In this document: piece by piece, positions 49,957-61,793 of the stretch | Numbering within the stretch: the first letter of the stretch is position 1 | Layout of the letters: the number at the start of each line of letters is the position of its first letter | From: an uncultured delta proteobacterium | Lineage (GTDB): Bacteria; Desulfobacterota; Binatia; UBA9968 | NCBI GenBank assembly: GCA_963760795.1 | Contig: CAVXEP010000025.1 | Location: 32,001 to 96,000, forward strand | Direction of reading: 5' to 3' | Length of the DNA stretch: 64,000 nucleotides | Program-made: the position numbers and the translations under genes | Notes under the pieces: model-generated | Databases searched by the model: none | Told to the model about the DNA's origin: nothing | Seen by the model: only the letters and a program-made list of their open reading frames with translations

Positions 49957-52143
49957 ATGAAAAACTGCCCTAATTGTCATCGACAGTTTAGCGATGACGC
50001 AACCACCTGTGAATTTGACGGCACCCCCCTCGTCGGATCGGCTTCAACGCAAGATCCACTCATCGGCACAATTCTTAACCGCCGGTACAAAATCCTCGAT
50101 CAGATTGGCCGCGGCAGCATGTCGAACGTTTACCTCGCCGAACAACTCCGCGTCGCAAGAAAAGTCGCGGTGAAGCTACTGGCCGAAGAATTTTGCCGTG
50201 ATGAAGCCTGCATCAAGCGCTTCCAGCAGGAGGCGAAAATTGTTTCAAGCCTAGACCATCCGAATCTGATACGGATCTTCGATTTCGACCATACGGACGG
50301 CGGCGGCTTGTATATCGTGACGGAATATTTGCGCGGGCAAACCCTTAAAGCGATCATCGATCGCGGTGCGATCGAAATCCCCAAAGCCGTGCGCTTCGCA
50401 GCACAAATTGCCGATGGCCTTGGTGCCGTCCATCGAGCTGGGATCGTTCATCGCGATCTTAACGCCAAAAACGTGATGGTGATCGATAACGAAACTAAGA
50501 TCACCATCACGGATTTCGGCTTTGCCAGACTGCGCGAAGCGGAGTCCGTCGCAAGACTCACCCAAGTCGGCACCGCTTTGGGCGGTCCTGAATATATGGC
50601 CCCGGAACAGATTGAAGGCCGCGAGACCGACGAACGAACCGATATCTACTCTCTAGGAATCCTGCTTTACCAAATGCTTTGCCATACCCTGCCGTTCACC
50701 GCGCCGACACCGGCCGCCGTGTGGATGCAACACCTAAAGGCCGCCCCCATGCCGCCGACTCAACTACGCCCGGAAATCTCGGCAGAATTAGAACAAGTTA
50801 TTTTACGTGCTTTACAGAAAAATCCTGAACTCCGTTGGCAGGGAATGACGGAATTTGCCGAAGCGATCCGGCACACCGAAAGAGTCGTTGGCCAGAAATT
50901 GTCACCCTCGTCTGAGCATCCGACCTCAGCGCTAGATACGCGGCCAAGGCTAACAGAAATCAGCGACTCACCGGTAACACACCCAGCGGAGGCGTTGAAT
51001 CGCCGCACAGTTCACACCGACGCGAATTTCCGCACTGCCGATGCCGCTCCCCAAACCGTCATCATGGAATCCTTCGATACATCAACCGTCAACTCTGAAA
51101 GCGACAAATCTCGGTACGAATCGGTAAACAGCAACAACCAAACAATGGTACTGACGAAGGCTCTCGAGATCGGCCCACGTCCCGGACGAAATTGGCAGGT
51201 GTGGAGTTTGGGCGCCGCCGCGCTATTCGCCTGTGCTGCGATCGTATGGTTGGGCGTGTTCTCTAAGCCCGTCCCGGAGAACCGACCGTCATCCCCTGCT
51301 GAGGATCCCAGCCGCACGACAGTCAAAGAGTTACCACCAAGTCAGATGGTATCGATTTCTATCGATGCGGAAAAAGCAGTATTGAACCTCGGCGAGGGCA
51401 CGACCCTGCGCTTAAGCGTCCAATACAGCGACGGCTCACGCAAGGCCATCAGCGGCACCGAGCCGATCAGTTGGACCAGCACAGATCCGACAATCGCAGC
51501 AGTGGATTCAAGCGGTGCGGTCAACGCGAAAAAAGTCGGCAAAGCTGAGCTGAAAGCCCGCTATTTAGGCTTGGAGACACAGCTTTTGCCCGTGCAGGTT
51601 AAAGCACCATCGCCATCCCCGGCCGCGCAACCAAAGCTCATTGCCGTGACCGTGAAAGCGGCTAAACGGGATCTGACCGTCAACGATGAAGTTAATTTGC
51701 AGGCAACCGGCATATATTCGGACAAACGACAGTTGGCAATCAAAGCCGGCGTTCGCTGGGACAGTAGTGACCCGAATATCGCGGCTGTAACTGAATCGGG
51801 AACTGTACTCGCCAAAAAAGCAGGACGCGTGGAATTGATCGCGCGCTACGATGGGATCGCTAGCGAACCACTGACCTTGCTCGTCAAACCAGCATCAATG
51901 AAAAACCCAGCCACTATTCAACAGACAAGGAAGCCATTGGCGACAAAAGTGGCCAATACCTCGGAACAAATTAGAAACGCTCGATCTCGACTGGACCGCG
52001 GTGAATACACCGAGGCGCTGGGCGAACTGGAGAAAGCCAGCAAAGTCGATCCCGGCAACAAAGAAGTGCAAGCCGCAATCCTTGACGCCAAACGCGCCTG
52101 CAATGCCGAGCGGGCATTTGGCCGCACCGATCTGAAATGTTAA
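49957..52143 (+). CDS. Membrane Ser/Thr kinase 2 with atypical catalytic loop: Zn ribbon, kinase, TM, two Big_2, TPR-like tail
   Basis: GRGSMS, VAVK, HRDLNAKN, DFG, YMAPE; WTSTDPTIAAVD and WDSSDPNIAAVT. Start set at the ATG at 49957. Confidence 0.9.
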   Translation: MKNCPNCHRQFSDDATTCEFDGTPLVGSASTQDPLIGTILNRRYKILDQIGRGSMSNVYLAEQLRVARKVAVKLLAEEFCRDEACIKRFQQEAKIVSSLDHPNLIRIFDFDHTDGGGLYIVTEYLRGQTLKAIIDRGAIEIPKAVRFAAQIADGLGAVHRAGIVHRDLNAKNVMVIDNETKITITDFGFARLREAESVARLTQVGTALGGPEYMAPEQIEGRETDERTDIYSLGILLYQMLCHTLPFTAPTPAAVWMQHLKAAPMPPTQLRPEISAELEQVILRALQKNPELRWQGMTEFAEAIRHTERVVGQKLSPSSEHPTSALDTRPRLTEISDSPVTHPAEALNRRTVHTDANFRTADAAPQTVIMESFDTSTVNSESDKSRYESVNSNNQTMVLTKALEIGPRPGRNWQVWSLGAAALFACAAIVWLGVFSKPVPENRPSSPAEDPSRTTVKELPPSQMVSISIDAEKAVLNLGEGTTLRLSVQYSDGSRKAISGTEPISWTSTDPTIAAVDSSGAVNAKKVGKAELKARYLGLETQLLPVQVKAPSPSPAAQPKLIAVTVKAAKRDLTVNDEVNLQATGIYSDKRQLAIKAGVRWDSSDPNIAAVTESGTVLAKKAGRVELIARYDGIASEPLTLLVKPASMKNPATIQQTRKPLATKVANTSEQIRNARSRLDRGEYTEALGELEKASKVDPGNKEVQAAILDAKRACNAERAFGRTDLKC

Positions 52144-52168
52144 GGGGGTTAGACCTACCACGGTTAAG

Positions 52169-52981
52169 CTATTTTTTTTGAAGCAGATCGACCTCTTCCT
52201 CAATCGTCCGGCCGACCGATTCTAAGCCAACGATGAATTCTGGACGATCCGTCCTTTTGTTGACAATCATGACGAGGCTCGCGTCCACCCGCGCGCTGAT
52301 CAGTTTGCGGCCATCCCAGCCGCGATTTGACTCGGTTTTTCTCACCGCTGTGTGCCAGCTCTGTATCTCTTTCAGCGCACGCTCAATATCTCTCACCGCT
52401 TGTTGACCAGGGCTGCTTAACGCGACGTTCAATCGCGCTCGTCCGCTCGCGCGAATTTGCGCGATTAACTCGTCGTCCGCGCCGGCGCGGCGTAACTCCT
52501 TCTCGCCATCGGCGTTCAAGTCAAAACTTGCCCCTCGCTCTTTCACGAGAGTCGCAACCCGCTTCGGAGAAACTCTTTCTTTTAGAATAAACAGAACATC
52601 ATTCAGCGCAAACGAGTTATCGGACTTCGACGCCGGCGCAGGCCCGGCTTCGCGAAAGGCAATAATGCCAAGGTAGAGCCGGGCCATGAAGTCGCCACCA
52701 TCGCGCTTTAATCCCTGAGCGAGCGCATTTCGAGCATCGGCAATTCTACCGGCATCATAGTAAGCTCGTCCCAGATAGGTCCAAATGCTTTGCCGGAGCG
52801 GCGGAGTATCAACAACATAGTCGGGCTGGGCCACCGCAATGCGCTCGAAGTGGGAGATCGCGACATCCGCCTTGCCGGATAATAACGCAGTGCGGCCCGA
52901 CTGGGACTCCTTCGCTACTTGAATGCCACAGCCGCTGAAAAATGAAATTACAAAGATCGAGTAAAGTAGTCGTTTTAACAT
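52169..52981 (-). CDS. TPR lipoprotein carrying the shared ~55-aa domain
   Basis: MLKRLLYSIFVISFFSGC lipobox; TPR WTYLGRAYYDAG; FALNDVLFILKERVSPKRV...LRRAGADDEL. Confidence 0.8.
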   Translation of the reverse strand: MLKRLLYSIFVISFFSGCGIQVAKESQSGRTALLSGKADVAISHFERIAVAQPDYVVDTPPLRQSIWTYLGRAYYDAGRIADARNALAQGLKRDGGDFMARLYLGIIAFREAGPAPASKSDNSFALNDVLFILKERVSPKRVATLVKERGASFDLNADGEKELRRAGADDELIAQIRASGRARLNVALSSPGQQAVRDIERALKEIQSWHTAVRKTESNRGWDGRKLISARVDASLVMIVNKRTDRPEFIVGLESVGRTIEEEVDLLQKK

Positions 52982-53424
52982 CTTCAACCTCTCAACAGAG
53001 TGTAAGATATTTAACAACATGGAGGCAAACAATTGGCGAGAGCTGCTGAGCCAGCGATTAATTTGCTATGAACCGGTAACAATGAAAAAACCCATCGCGG
53101 CCACAACTTGCGACGCCATAAAGAATACTAAGAATTTGCATCACTATATAGTGAAGCCAATAAATATGTTGACATAAATCACCCACTCCTTAATCCCCTC
53201 CAGTCGGAGAGTGTGTCGTAACTGTCATTCTGAAGCGAAGCCGAAGAATCTCGTCTTCGTAAGTGACAGGAATGGGATATCTTCGCGCTACCACACAGTC
53301 TCTTTCAGGAGGGGTAAGCAAACTTATTTTATAACCGTCACTATTGCCCAGGATTTCAATGTTTTTTTCGAAAACGAGCCTGACGGCCAAATAGACGAGG
53401 CACGACTGAGCCGCGGATTTAACA

Positions 53425-55236
<1,812 letters not shown>

Positions 55237-55674
55237 CTTACAGAGTCATCCCGATTGGCTAATGGCAAATAACTACTCCCTTTTCACTGCAAGCATCAAG
55301 CGCTGGCACGCCCGGCCGCCGCTTTGAGCTCAAGGGCTTACTCACCGCGGCCGGACAACCGTCTATTCGACTGGTTTAATCGTCCCAGCCAAGGGGGCGC
55401 CTGGAGTATTCTATAGCTGTAGCGACGCCGTCGTAAAGCCGCCGCACTTAAGCCTGACAATACTACTGGGAATAACGGAAGCGATGTTGTTGTTGCGATT
55501 CGACCTCGGGCCACGCCCGCTTGCCCAAGGGGGGCGCGGCGGAACGCCTGGCACAAATTTTCGATGATGACGATGTGCGGCGACAGGTTGTTGTAACTTT
55601 TCTTTAAAACCCGCCCCGCCTATCAGACAAACGGCGATCGAGTATTTGAAAATCTCATCGACGAGCGTCTTGGC

Positions 55675-56017
55675 CTATTTTTGAATCGAGAATTGCAGCC
55701 GAAAGGTTGGCCAGTTGACCGGCACCACAATGATACCGCCGAGAGGAAGATGCATCAATTTTTCCAAACTCTGCGGCATCTGCGATGGGTCGGCGCTAAA
55801 AGCGACCAGGATCCGATCGTCGATGGCGTTGGCGACGAAACCCTCGCGTCCCGAGGCCAAACTAACGGTGCGCTGGCTGTGCAAATTGACCGGGTCGTAA
55901 AGTGGAAAGCCATTGAGCGCCGTCACCGTGCGCACGCGGCGCCCTTTGAGCGCGAGCGCAGCCTGAGTGCCGCCGAAGAAGATCGCCGCCGCCGATGTTC
56001 CAAGCTGTGAGTTGCAT
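55675..56017 (-). CDS. Hypothetical protein (~113 aa, probable frameshift just after the start)
   Basis: Open frame runs upstream of 55935 (LGTSAAAIFFGG...) almost to an ATG at 56017, which is one base out of frame. Confidence 0.5.
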
Positions 56018-56197
56018 GCTTCCCGCCGTCCTTTCGATAAATCCGGCGACCATCATTACAATTTTCACCTAGGAATTGTCAAAGTTCTTGTAGGTCCGTG
56101 CCGGACCGTTGACAATGAGCGTTAAGCTTTTCGCGACAGCGTTGCCGAATCTGACTAGTTAAAGTATACAGGTAAAAATCCTTGGCATGGGGGAATC

Positions 56198-57001
56198 ATG
56201 AGCGCTAAAGAGCTATTCGACGCCGGCAACCTCAGCGGCGCCATCGAACAGGTGACTCAAGATGTGAAGTCCAACCCGCGCGACCTCAAAAGCCGGATCT
56301 TCCTGTTTGAGTTGCTCTGCTTCGCTGGCGAGTTTCAGCGGGCGCAGCGCCAGCTTGACGCCGCCGCCCAGACCAGCGGCGATGTTAAAATCGAAATGGG
56401 CGCTCAAGCCTATCGGAACCTGCTTGAGGCCGAAAAACTGCGCCGGGAGTTTTTCACCGGGGCGCACAAGACGCCGAAGTTTTTTTCCGAACCGCCGGCC
56501 TACACCGCGCTGCATATCGACGCGGTCGGGAAATTGCACGGCCAGGAGTGGGACGCCTTGGAACAATTGATGGAACAAAGCGCCAGTGTTCGCCAGCCGC
56601 TCTCGGGACAATGCAACGGCAAAGCATTCAGTGATTTTCATGATGGTGACGATCTGCTCAGTCCGTTTTTAGAAGTGCTTTTCCAGAGCGATTATTATTG
56701 GCTGCCGCTGGAACAGATCGAGCGCGTTGAAATCCCCGCGCCAACCACGCTGCGAGATCTCCTCTGGACGCCGGCCAATGTCCAACTAAGTGACGGCCCC
56801 CTCGGCGATCTGCTGATACCGGCGCAATATTATGGCTCCCACGAGAATCCCGACGATCTGGTCAAACTCGGCCGAATGACCAATTGGAATTCTGTGGGCA
56901 ACGATCATCTCTCGGGGCTGGGACAACGGACGTTTTTTGCCGACGACACCGAATATCCGCTGCTCGAAATCAGAACTCTCGAATTCACCGCCAAATCTTA
57001 A
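56198..57001 (+). CDS. tagJ: TagJ/ImpE (SciE) T6SS accessory protein
   Basis: VKSNPRD...RIFLFELLCFAGEFQRAQRQL; DGDD...FLE...YYWLP; PTTLRDLLW; LGRMT.W; GLGQR. Confidence 0.92.
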   Translation: MSAKELFDAGNLSGAIEQVTQDVKSNPRDLKSRIFLFELLCFAGEFQRAQRQLDAAAQTSGDVKIEMGAQAYRNLLEAEKLRREFFTGAHKTPKFFSEPPAYTALHIDAVGKLHGQEWDALEQLMEQSASVRQPLSGQCNGKAFSDFHDGDDLLSPFLEVLFQSDYYWLPLEQIERVEIPAPTTLRDLLWTPANVQLSDGPLGDLLIPAQYYGSHENPDDLVKLGRMTNWNSVGNDHLSGLGQRTFFADDTEYPLLEIRTLEFTAKS

Positions 57002-57077
57002 CTTGCCTCGTCGCCTTTCGACCGTCTGATTGTTGGATGCAAGACAACCCCGAATACTGCGAGGAGAGCCCGACTGG

Positions 57078-58301
57078 ATGAGTAAATCGCCACCCAACTT
57101 CAGCGCCGACAAGTCTTCCACCTGGTTGAAAAAGGGTATGGAGACTTTGACGCGAATGAATCGGGTCATGGTTCCGTCATCAAAAGTTGGCGGGAGCGCT
57201 AATCCGTTACGCGAGATATTTTCGGACCTGATGGCATTTATCATCTTTTTCGAAAGCTACTGTGAACAAAAGCCGCCTGAGTTGCAGGAATTCAAAGAGC
57301 GCGTGATTTCGTTGATCGCTGCCCAGGAAGAGCGGGCAAAAAGCGCGGGCGTAGCGATAGAAGCATTTCGCGAAGCGCGTTTCGCCGTGCTCTCATGGGT
57401 GGATGAGATCGTTCTCAATTCGAAGTGGCTGCACCGCAGCCAATGGCAGCACCTCATGCTCGCCTATTACGGGACGGTCAACGCCGGGGAGCAGTTTTTC
57501 CGCCATCTGGATGCCTTACCGGCCCAGGCAAACGACATCCGAGAGATATATTTTCTTTGCATTTGTCTCGGCTTTCAGGGCGAGCTGGCTTTCGGCGACG
57601 GTCTTCGCGAACTACAGTCACTGAAACAACGCATCTACAAACAGCTAACCGCCAATGGTCAAGACATTCGACAAAACTATCCGCGGCTATTTCCCGAAGC
57701 TTATCAAAAAGCCAACGCCGCGCCCCAGGCGGCAGCCAAATCTAATCGGCTATGGTACATCACGGCAGGCGCCGTTCCGCTTCTACTTTTCGCGATCTTT
57801 TGGTTCTTGTTGCATCGCGAGGCCAATCGCCATCTGGCGATGCTTGATCGCCCCCAACCCCTCGTAACCAAATGCGATCAAACAAACTGGGCCGCGTCAC
57901 TGGTTGCCGACCTCCGCGGCAGGAGGCTGCGCGCCGTCGATGAACCCGATGGGGTTCGTATCATTCTGGAAAGTTTGGTATTCGCCGTCAGTAGCGCAGA
58001 GTTGAATCCGCAGGCAGAGGCTAGGATCGCCGATATTGTCAGCACTGTGAGGTGCTATGCACCGGACAGAGCCATCACCGTAGAAGGCCACGCGAGCAAA
58101 GAACGCGATGGGGACGAGGCGCGTAATCGGAAACTGTCCGAAGATCGCGCCCGAACGGTTGCTGACGCATTTGTCCGAATCGGCTTCAGCCGAGAGAAAA
58201 CCTCCGCGCACGGGTTAGGCAGCTCCAAACCGGTCGCGTTGAACGATACCGAAGATGGTCGCAGTCAAAATCGTCGCGTCGAGATCATCGTCAAAAAATG
58301 A
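57078..58301 (+). CDS. tssL: TssL (DotU) with C-terminal OmpA peptidoglycan-binding domain
   Basis: ARFAVLSWVDE, NAGEQFF, LCICLGFQG, TM helix, VEGH...NRKLSEDRA...NRRVEI. Start uncertain (57030-57168). Confidence 0.93.
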   Translation: MSKSPPNFSADKSSTWLKKGMETLTRMNRVMVPSSKVGGSANPLREIFSDLMAFIIFFESYCEQKPPELQEFKERVISLIAAQEERAKSAGVAIEAFREARFAVLSWVDEIVLNSKWLHRSQWQHLMLAYYGTVNAGEQFFRHLDALPAQANDIREIYFLCICLGFQGELAFGDGLRELQSLKQRIYKQLTANGQDIRQNYPRLFPEAYQKANAAPQAAAKSNRLWYITAGAVPLLLFAIFWFLLHREANRHLAMLDRPQPLVTKCDQTNWAASLVADLRGRRLRAVDEPDGVRIILESLVFAVSSAELNPQAEARIADIVSTVRCYAPDRAITVEGHASKERDGDEARNRKLSEDRARTVADAFVRIGFSREKTSAHGLGSSKPVALNDTEDGRSQNRRVEIIVKK

Positions 58302-59197
58302 GCCTAACGACTTCACAGCTTAAAGTCGCTGCATTCGGCATGTCCGACGTCGGTCGCGTGCGCACCAACAATGAGGACAACTACCTTTTTACCCAACTTG
58401 GTAGCGGCTTGTTCAATGCGGTGTCACCGGACTGCACCAAGGGTGATAATCAGTGGATTTTTATCGTCGCTGACGGCATGGGCGGCGGCCAAGCCGGTGA
58501 AGTAGCCAGTCAGTTGGCAGTAGCAGGCGTAGCGCAACGTTTTGCCGAACAACTGACGGGGGAGAAACAGTTGACTCAACAGGTATTCGCCAAGGCCTTA
58601 ACCCATGCAGTCGAAGAAACGAATCGATCGATCTTCCAGGAAAGCCAGGAAAACCAAGAACTAACTGGAATGGGAACGACTCTAACCGCAGCTGCCGTGT
58701 CCGGCACGATCCTGACAGTCGCCCAACTCGGAGACAGCCGAGCCTATCTGCTACGGGATGGGAGCATTACGCAATTGACCAAGGATCAGAGTCTCGTCGC
58801 TCAAATGGTCGAGGCAGGCAAAATCACCCCCCAAGAAGCCAAGACTCATCCACGCCGCAACGTCGTCCTGCAGGCGATGGGCGTGCTACCGCGTGTAGAT
58901 GTCGCCATCGCTACCGCGAACTTAAAACGGAACGACCGCATGGTGCTTTGTAGTGACGGTCTTTGGGGCAAAGTCGAACCCGAGGAGATCGTCGAATTTG
59001 TCCATCGCTTTGAACCTCAAGCGGCGTGCGAGAGCTTAGTCCGGCTGGCCAACGAACGTGGCGGCGAGGACAATGTCACAGTCATCGTCGCCAATTTCAC
59101 CGGTGATGGGATATCGGAAACCGATGAGACTAAGGTTCCCACCCTCGAAATCGTCAAGCAGAAGCGCTCTTGGTGGGGTTTTTGGAAACGACGTTAA
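58298..59197 (+). CDS. PP2C-family Ser/Thr phosphatase (PppA/Stp1-like)
   Basis: SDVGRVRTNNED, VADGMGG, MGTT, GDSRAY, LCSDGL, GGEDNVT; ATG overlaps the tssL stop. Confidence 0.95.
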   Translation: MSLTTSQLKVAAFGMSDVGRVRTNNEDNYLFTQLGSGLFNAVSPDCTKGDNQWIFIVADGMGGGQAGEVASQLAVAGVAQRFAEQLTGEKQLTQQVFAKALTHAVEETNRSIFQESQENQELTGMGTTLTAAAVSGTILTVAQLGDSRAYLLRDGSITQLTKDQSLVAQMVEAGKITPQEAKTHPRRNVVLQAMGVLPRVDVAIATANLKRNDRMVLCSDGLWGKVEPEEIVEFVHRFEPQAACESLVRLANERGGEDNVTVIVANFTGDGISETDETKVPTLEIVKQKRSWWGFWKRR

Positions 59198-59399
59198 TTG
59201 TGCCAGATATTCCGACGACCAACAGCATTCAAATTTCCTGAGCTTCAAGAAATGCGATCCAAACTATCGAATTATGGATAGGACTATTTTTCATAGGTCG
59301 GGTCGGACCTTGGAAAACCCCCTGCAAAGTATTTAATTCGGTAGAGGGAGCTTATTAATTTGCGAGACGTGTTTTCAATTCCTTCAAAACAGCGCCGGT

Positions 59400-59640
59400 T
59401 GTTTGCGCCGCATTTCAATGTTCTTTTCGCCGATGGTTTTTGTAGTACCGCTCTCACATAGACTGTTTTATCGTCTCGGGAAGTATCATAAAAGACGCGG
59501 AACCCACCGACTCGACTGGTCCGCCGTTGTCGCGTGATAGTTCCTTCAGAAGGGAGAGAGCAATCGCAGATCGCTGCGATGAGTAGAGCCCGAACCTGGG
59601 CTTTCGCTGCTCCGCGTTCAGCAGAAAAACCCATTGGCCA
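59400..59640 (-). pseudogene. RelE/ParE-like toxin remnant
   Basis: RVGGFRVFYD...TVYVRAVLQK motif; upstream part frameshifted. Confidence 0.5.
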
Positions 59641-60051
59641 ATTCCGGGCGCCTCCCTCTTTTTATGAACAGAAGGCTCACGCAATTCAAGTCGTTGATAC
59701 CCTAAGGTTAGATTGCATGAGAAAGCAGTTGAAGAGGGCCGTTGGGCGTGTACCCTCCGACTTCCAGCTTGTCAGTATTTCTCGTCATGACATGCTGCAC
59801 CGCTTACGCGATTGGAAAAATTAGTTGATTGTCGTGCTCACACTAAACTCGCCTCAAAGAGTCAAACAATATCAACAACGTCAATTATCTCAGTCACCGA
59901 CACAACTAATGCTCAACAGCGTGAAGCTAATCTTAAATTAGGTTGCAAAATTTGCGACCAAATTTTGCGATGGGAACGTTTTGGGAACTTTTCGCTTTTC
60001 GGACAAGAATCTTCACGTCATCGCACTCTAAGTATTTGATTTTGAAAAGTT

Positions 60052-60126
<75 letters not shown>

Positions 60127-60254
60127 CCACATAAGGGTAGTGAGGCTGTCAAACTGTAGGTAATCGCTACCGAGTTGTCAACGCGTAGAGAGTTAAATCA
60201 TCTCCGCTGTCCAGCATGGAATGATTTGACCGTCACGGAATCGACGATCGAATA

Positions 60255-61065
60255 TTAGGCATGGGCGGACTTACCGCGCAGCAGTGCGAGGATGTCGGCG
60301 GGCGACATTTTTGAAACCAAAATGCAGATGATATCGCCTTCGCTGTGCAGCACGGCGTTGATGCCGTCCTGTGAAAACAAATAGACATTGAGCTTCATGG
60401 CGGCTATCGTAGAAGTGCTGGGCGCGCTCGGGTGCGTCCGACTTGGAGCCCAGTAAAGTCAAGCAAGTGATTGCCGGCCCGGCGCCCTGGTAGACGGTGA
60501 CGAGCACTTCACGACCGCCAATCTTTTGCACGAAGCCCGAGACCGGATAGAGTCTCATCATCGACAAATCCAAAGCGATGGGCGCGAAGCGATCGCGCAC
60601 CGCCCGTGATAGCTCCTGGCGCAGCCGACTGGCGTCGTCGTAACGCACCAGTGCGGTCTTGCCGCTGAGCAGGTCGCGATGGGTCTCGATGGCGATCATG
60701 CCAACATCCTGTTGCGGCGATTTGGCGTAGAAAATTGCCGCGATTGCAATAAATAGAGTTACCAAAGCAAATGCTGGCCGCCAACTGCGAAGACTAAACC
60801 ACGAGGCGAAACCGCCTTCGGTTTTCACGGCTAAGACTGGCCGCTGCGAAGCGATTTCGCTTTCAATCTCGTGGCGCAACGCCGCGGGCGCGATCACTTC
60901 CTGGCGCGCCAGCTTGAGCTGTTGTTTGAGCCGGCTTTCCGCAGTCAGCGCCCGTTGGCAGCGCTCGCAAGTATGCAGATGCGCCTCGATGGCGCTGTGC
61001 TCATCGGCGCTGAGTTCATTATCTAGGCGAGCCGTGATCAGCTCTTGTGCCTGGTCGCAACGCAT
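60255..61065 (-). CDS. Zinc-finger (zf-HC2) anti-sigma factor (frameshift near 60405)
   Basis: MRCDQ...HLHTCERC, TM helix; alternative frame continues MKLNVYLFSQ...GKSAHA* to 60255. Confidence 0.88.
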
Positions 61066-61072
61066 GGTCTAT

Positions 61073-61690
61073 CTATCGTTCCGGTCTCGCCGTCCCGGTC
61101 TTGCCCAAATAACCGCTCAACTGTTTTTGCAAAAGTCTGCGCCCGCGCGACAACCGCGAGCGCACCGTACCGATCGGACAGGATAAAACCTCGGCCGCTT
61201 CGGCGTAAGTAAAATCGCCCATGTCGACGAGCAGGATCGGCGCGCGAAACTCCTCAGGGATTTGCTTCAGTGCGGCGCCGATCTTGGTACCGAGCTCGCG
61301 ATCCAATACTTGAGTCTCGGGACCGGGGCCATCGCCGGCGTGGGCCTGCCAAAAGTCCGCCGCGTCCGTGCCGTCGAGAAGATCTTCCGCAGCGACGGTG
61401 CGCTTGTTGCGGGCGTAAGAGTCATAGAAAAAATTATAGAGGATTCGCGTCAGCCAGGCCTTCATATTGCTGCCGGGCAAGAACTGTCCCTGCGCACTCA
61501 ACGCCCGCGTGCAGGTCTCTTGGACGCAATCCTTGGCCTCGTCGGCGTTGCGCACCAGATGGAACGCGACGCGGTAGAGATGATCCAGATAGGTCATGAT
61601 CTCCGTAGCGAAACTATCGCGTGCAGGATTACGGCTGTGGGTGGCGCTCACGGCCCAGCCAGTGTAACCAAGAGTGCAGGTGGTGTCCAA
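61073..61690 (-). CDS. ECF RNA polymerase sigma factor
   Basis: LYRVAFHLVRNADEAKDCVQET, KAWLTRIL, YAEAAEVLSCPIGTVRSRLSRGR; start uncertain. Confidence 0.93.
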   Translation of the reverse strand: MDTTCTLGYTGWAVSATHSRNPARDSFATEIMTYLDHLYRVAFHLVRNADEAKDCVQETCTRALSAQGQFLPGSNMKAWLTRILYNFFYDSYARNKRTVAAEDLLDGTDAADFWQAHAGDGPGPETQVLDRELGTKIGAALKQIPEEFRAPILLVDMGDFTYAEAAEVLSCPIGTVRSRLSRGRRLLQKQLSGYLGKTGTARPER

Positions 61691-61793
61691 TCGCTCGCCT
61701 CCATTGAGTCAACGAACCAACCAAAACAAAAGTTCCCTTAAGACCGGGCGAAGCGCTTGCGGTCCCCGCCGTAGCTGTCCTATGTTGACGGCC

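Noticed and set aside
53222-53290. GTCATTCTGAAGCGAAGCCGAAGAATCTC, a REP-like element between kinase 3 and the TPR lipoprotein gene
   Set aside because: Resembles a common palindromic repeat but is degenerate and single-copy here, so it cannot be supported.
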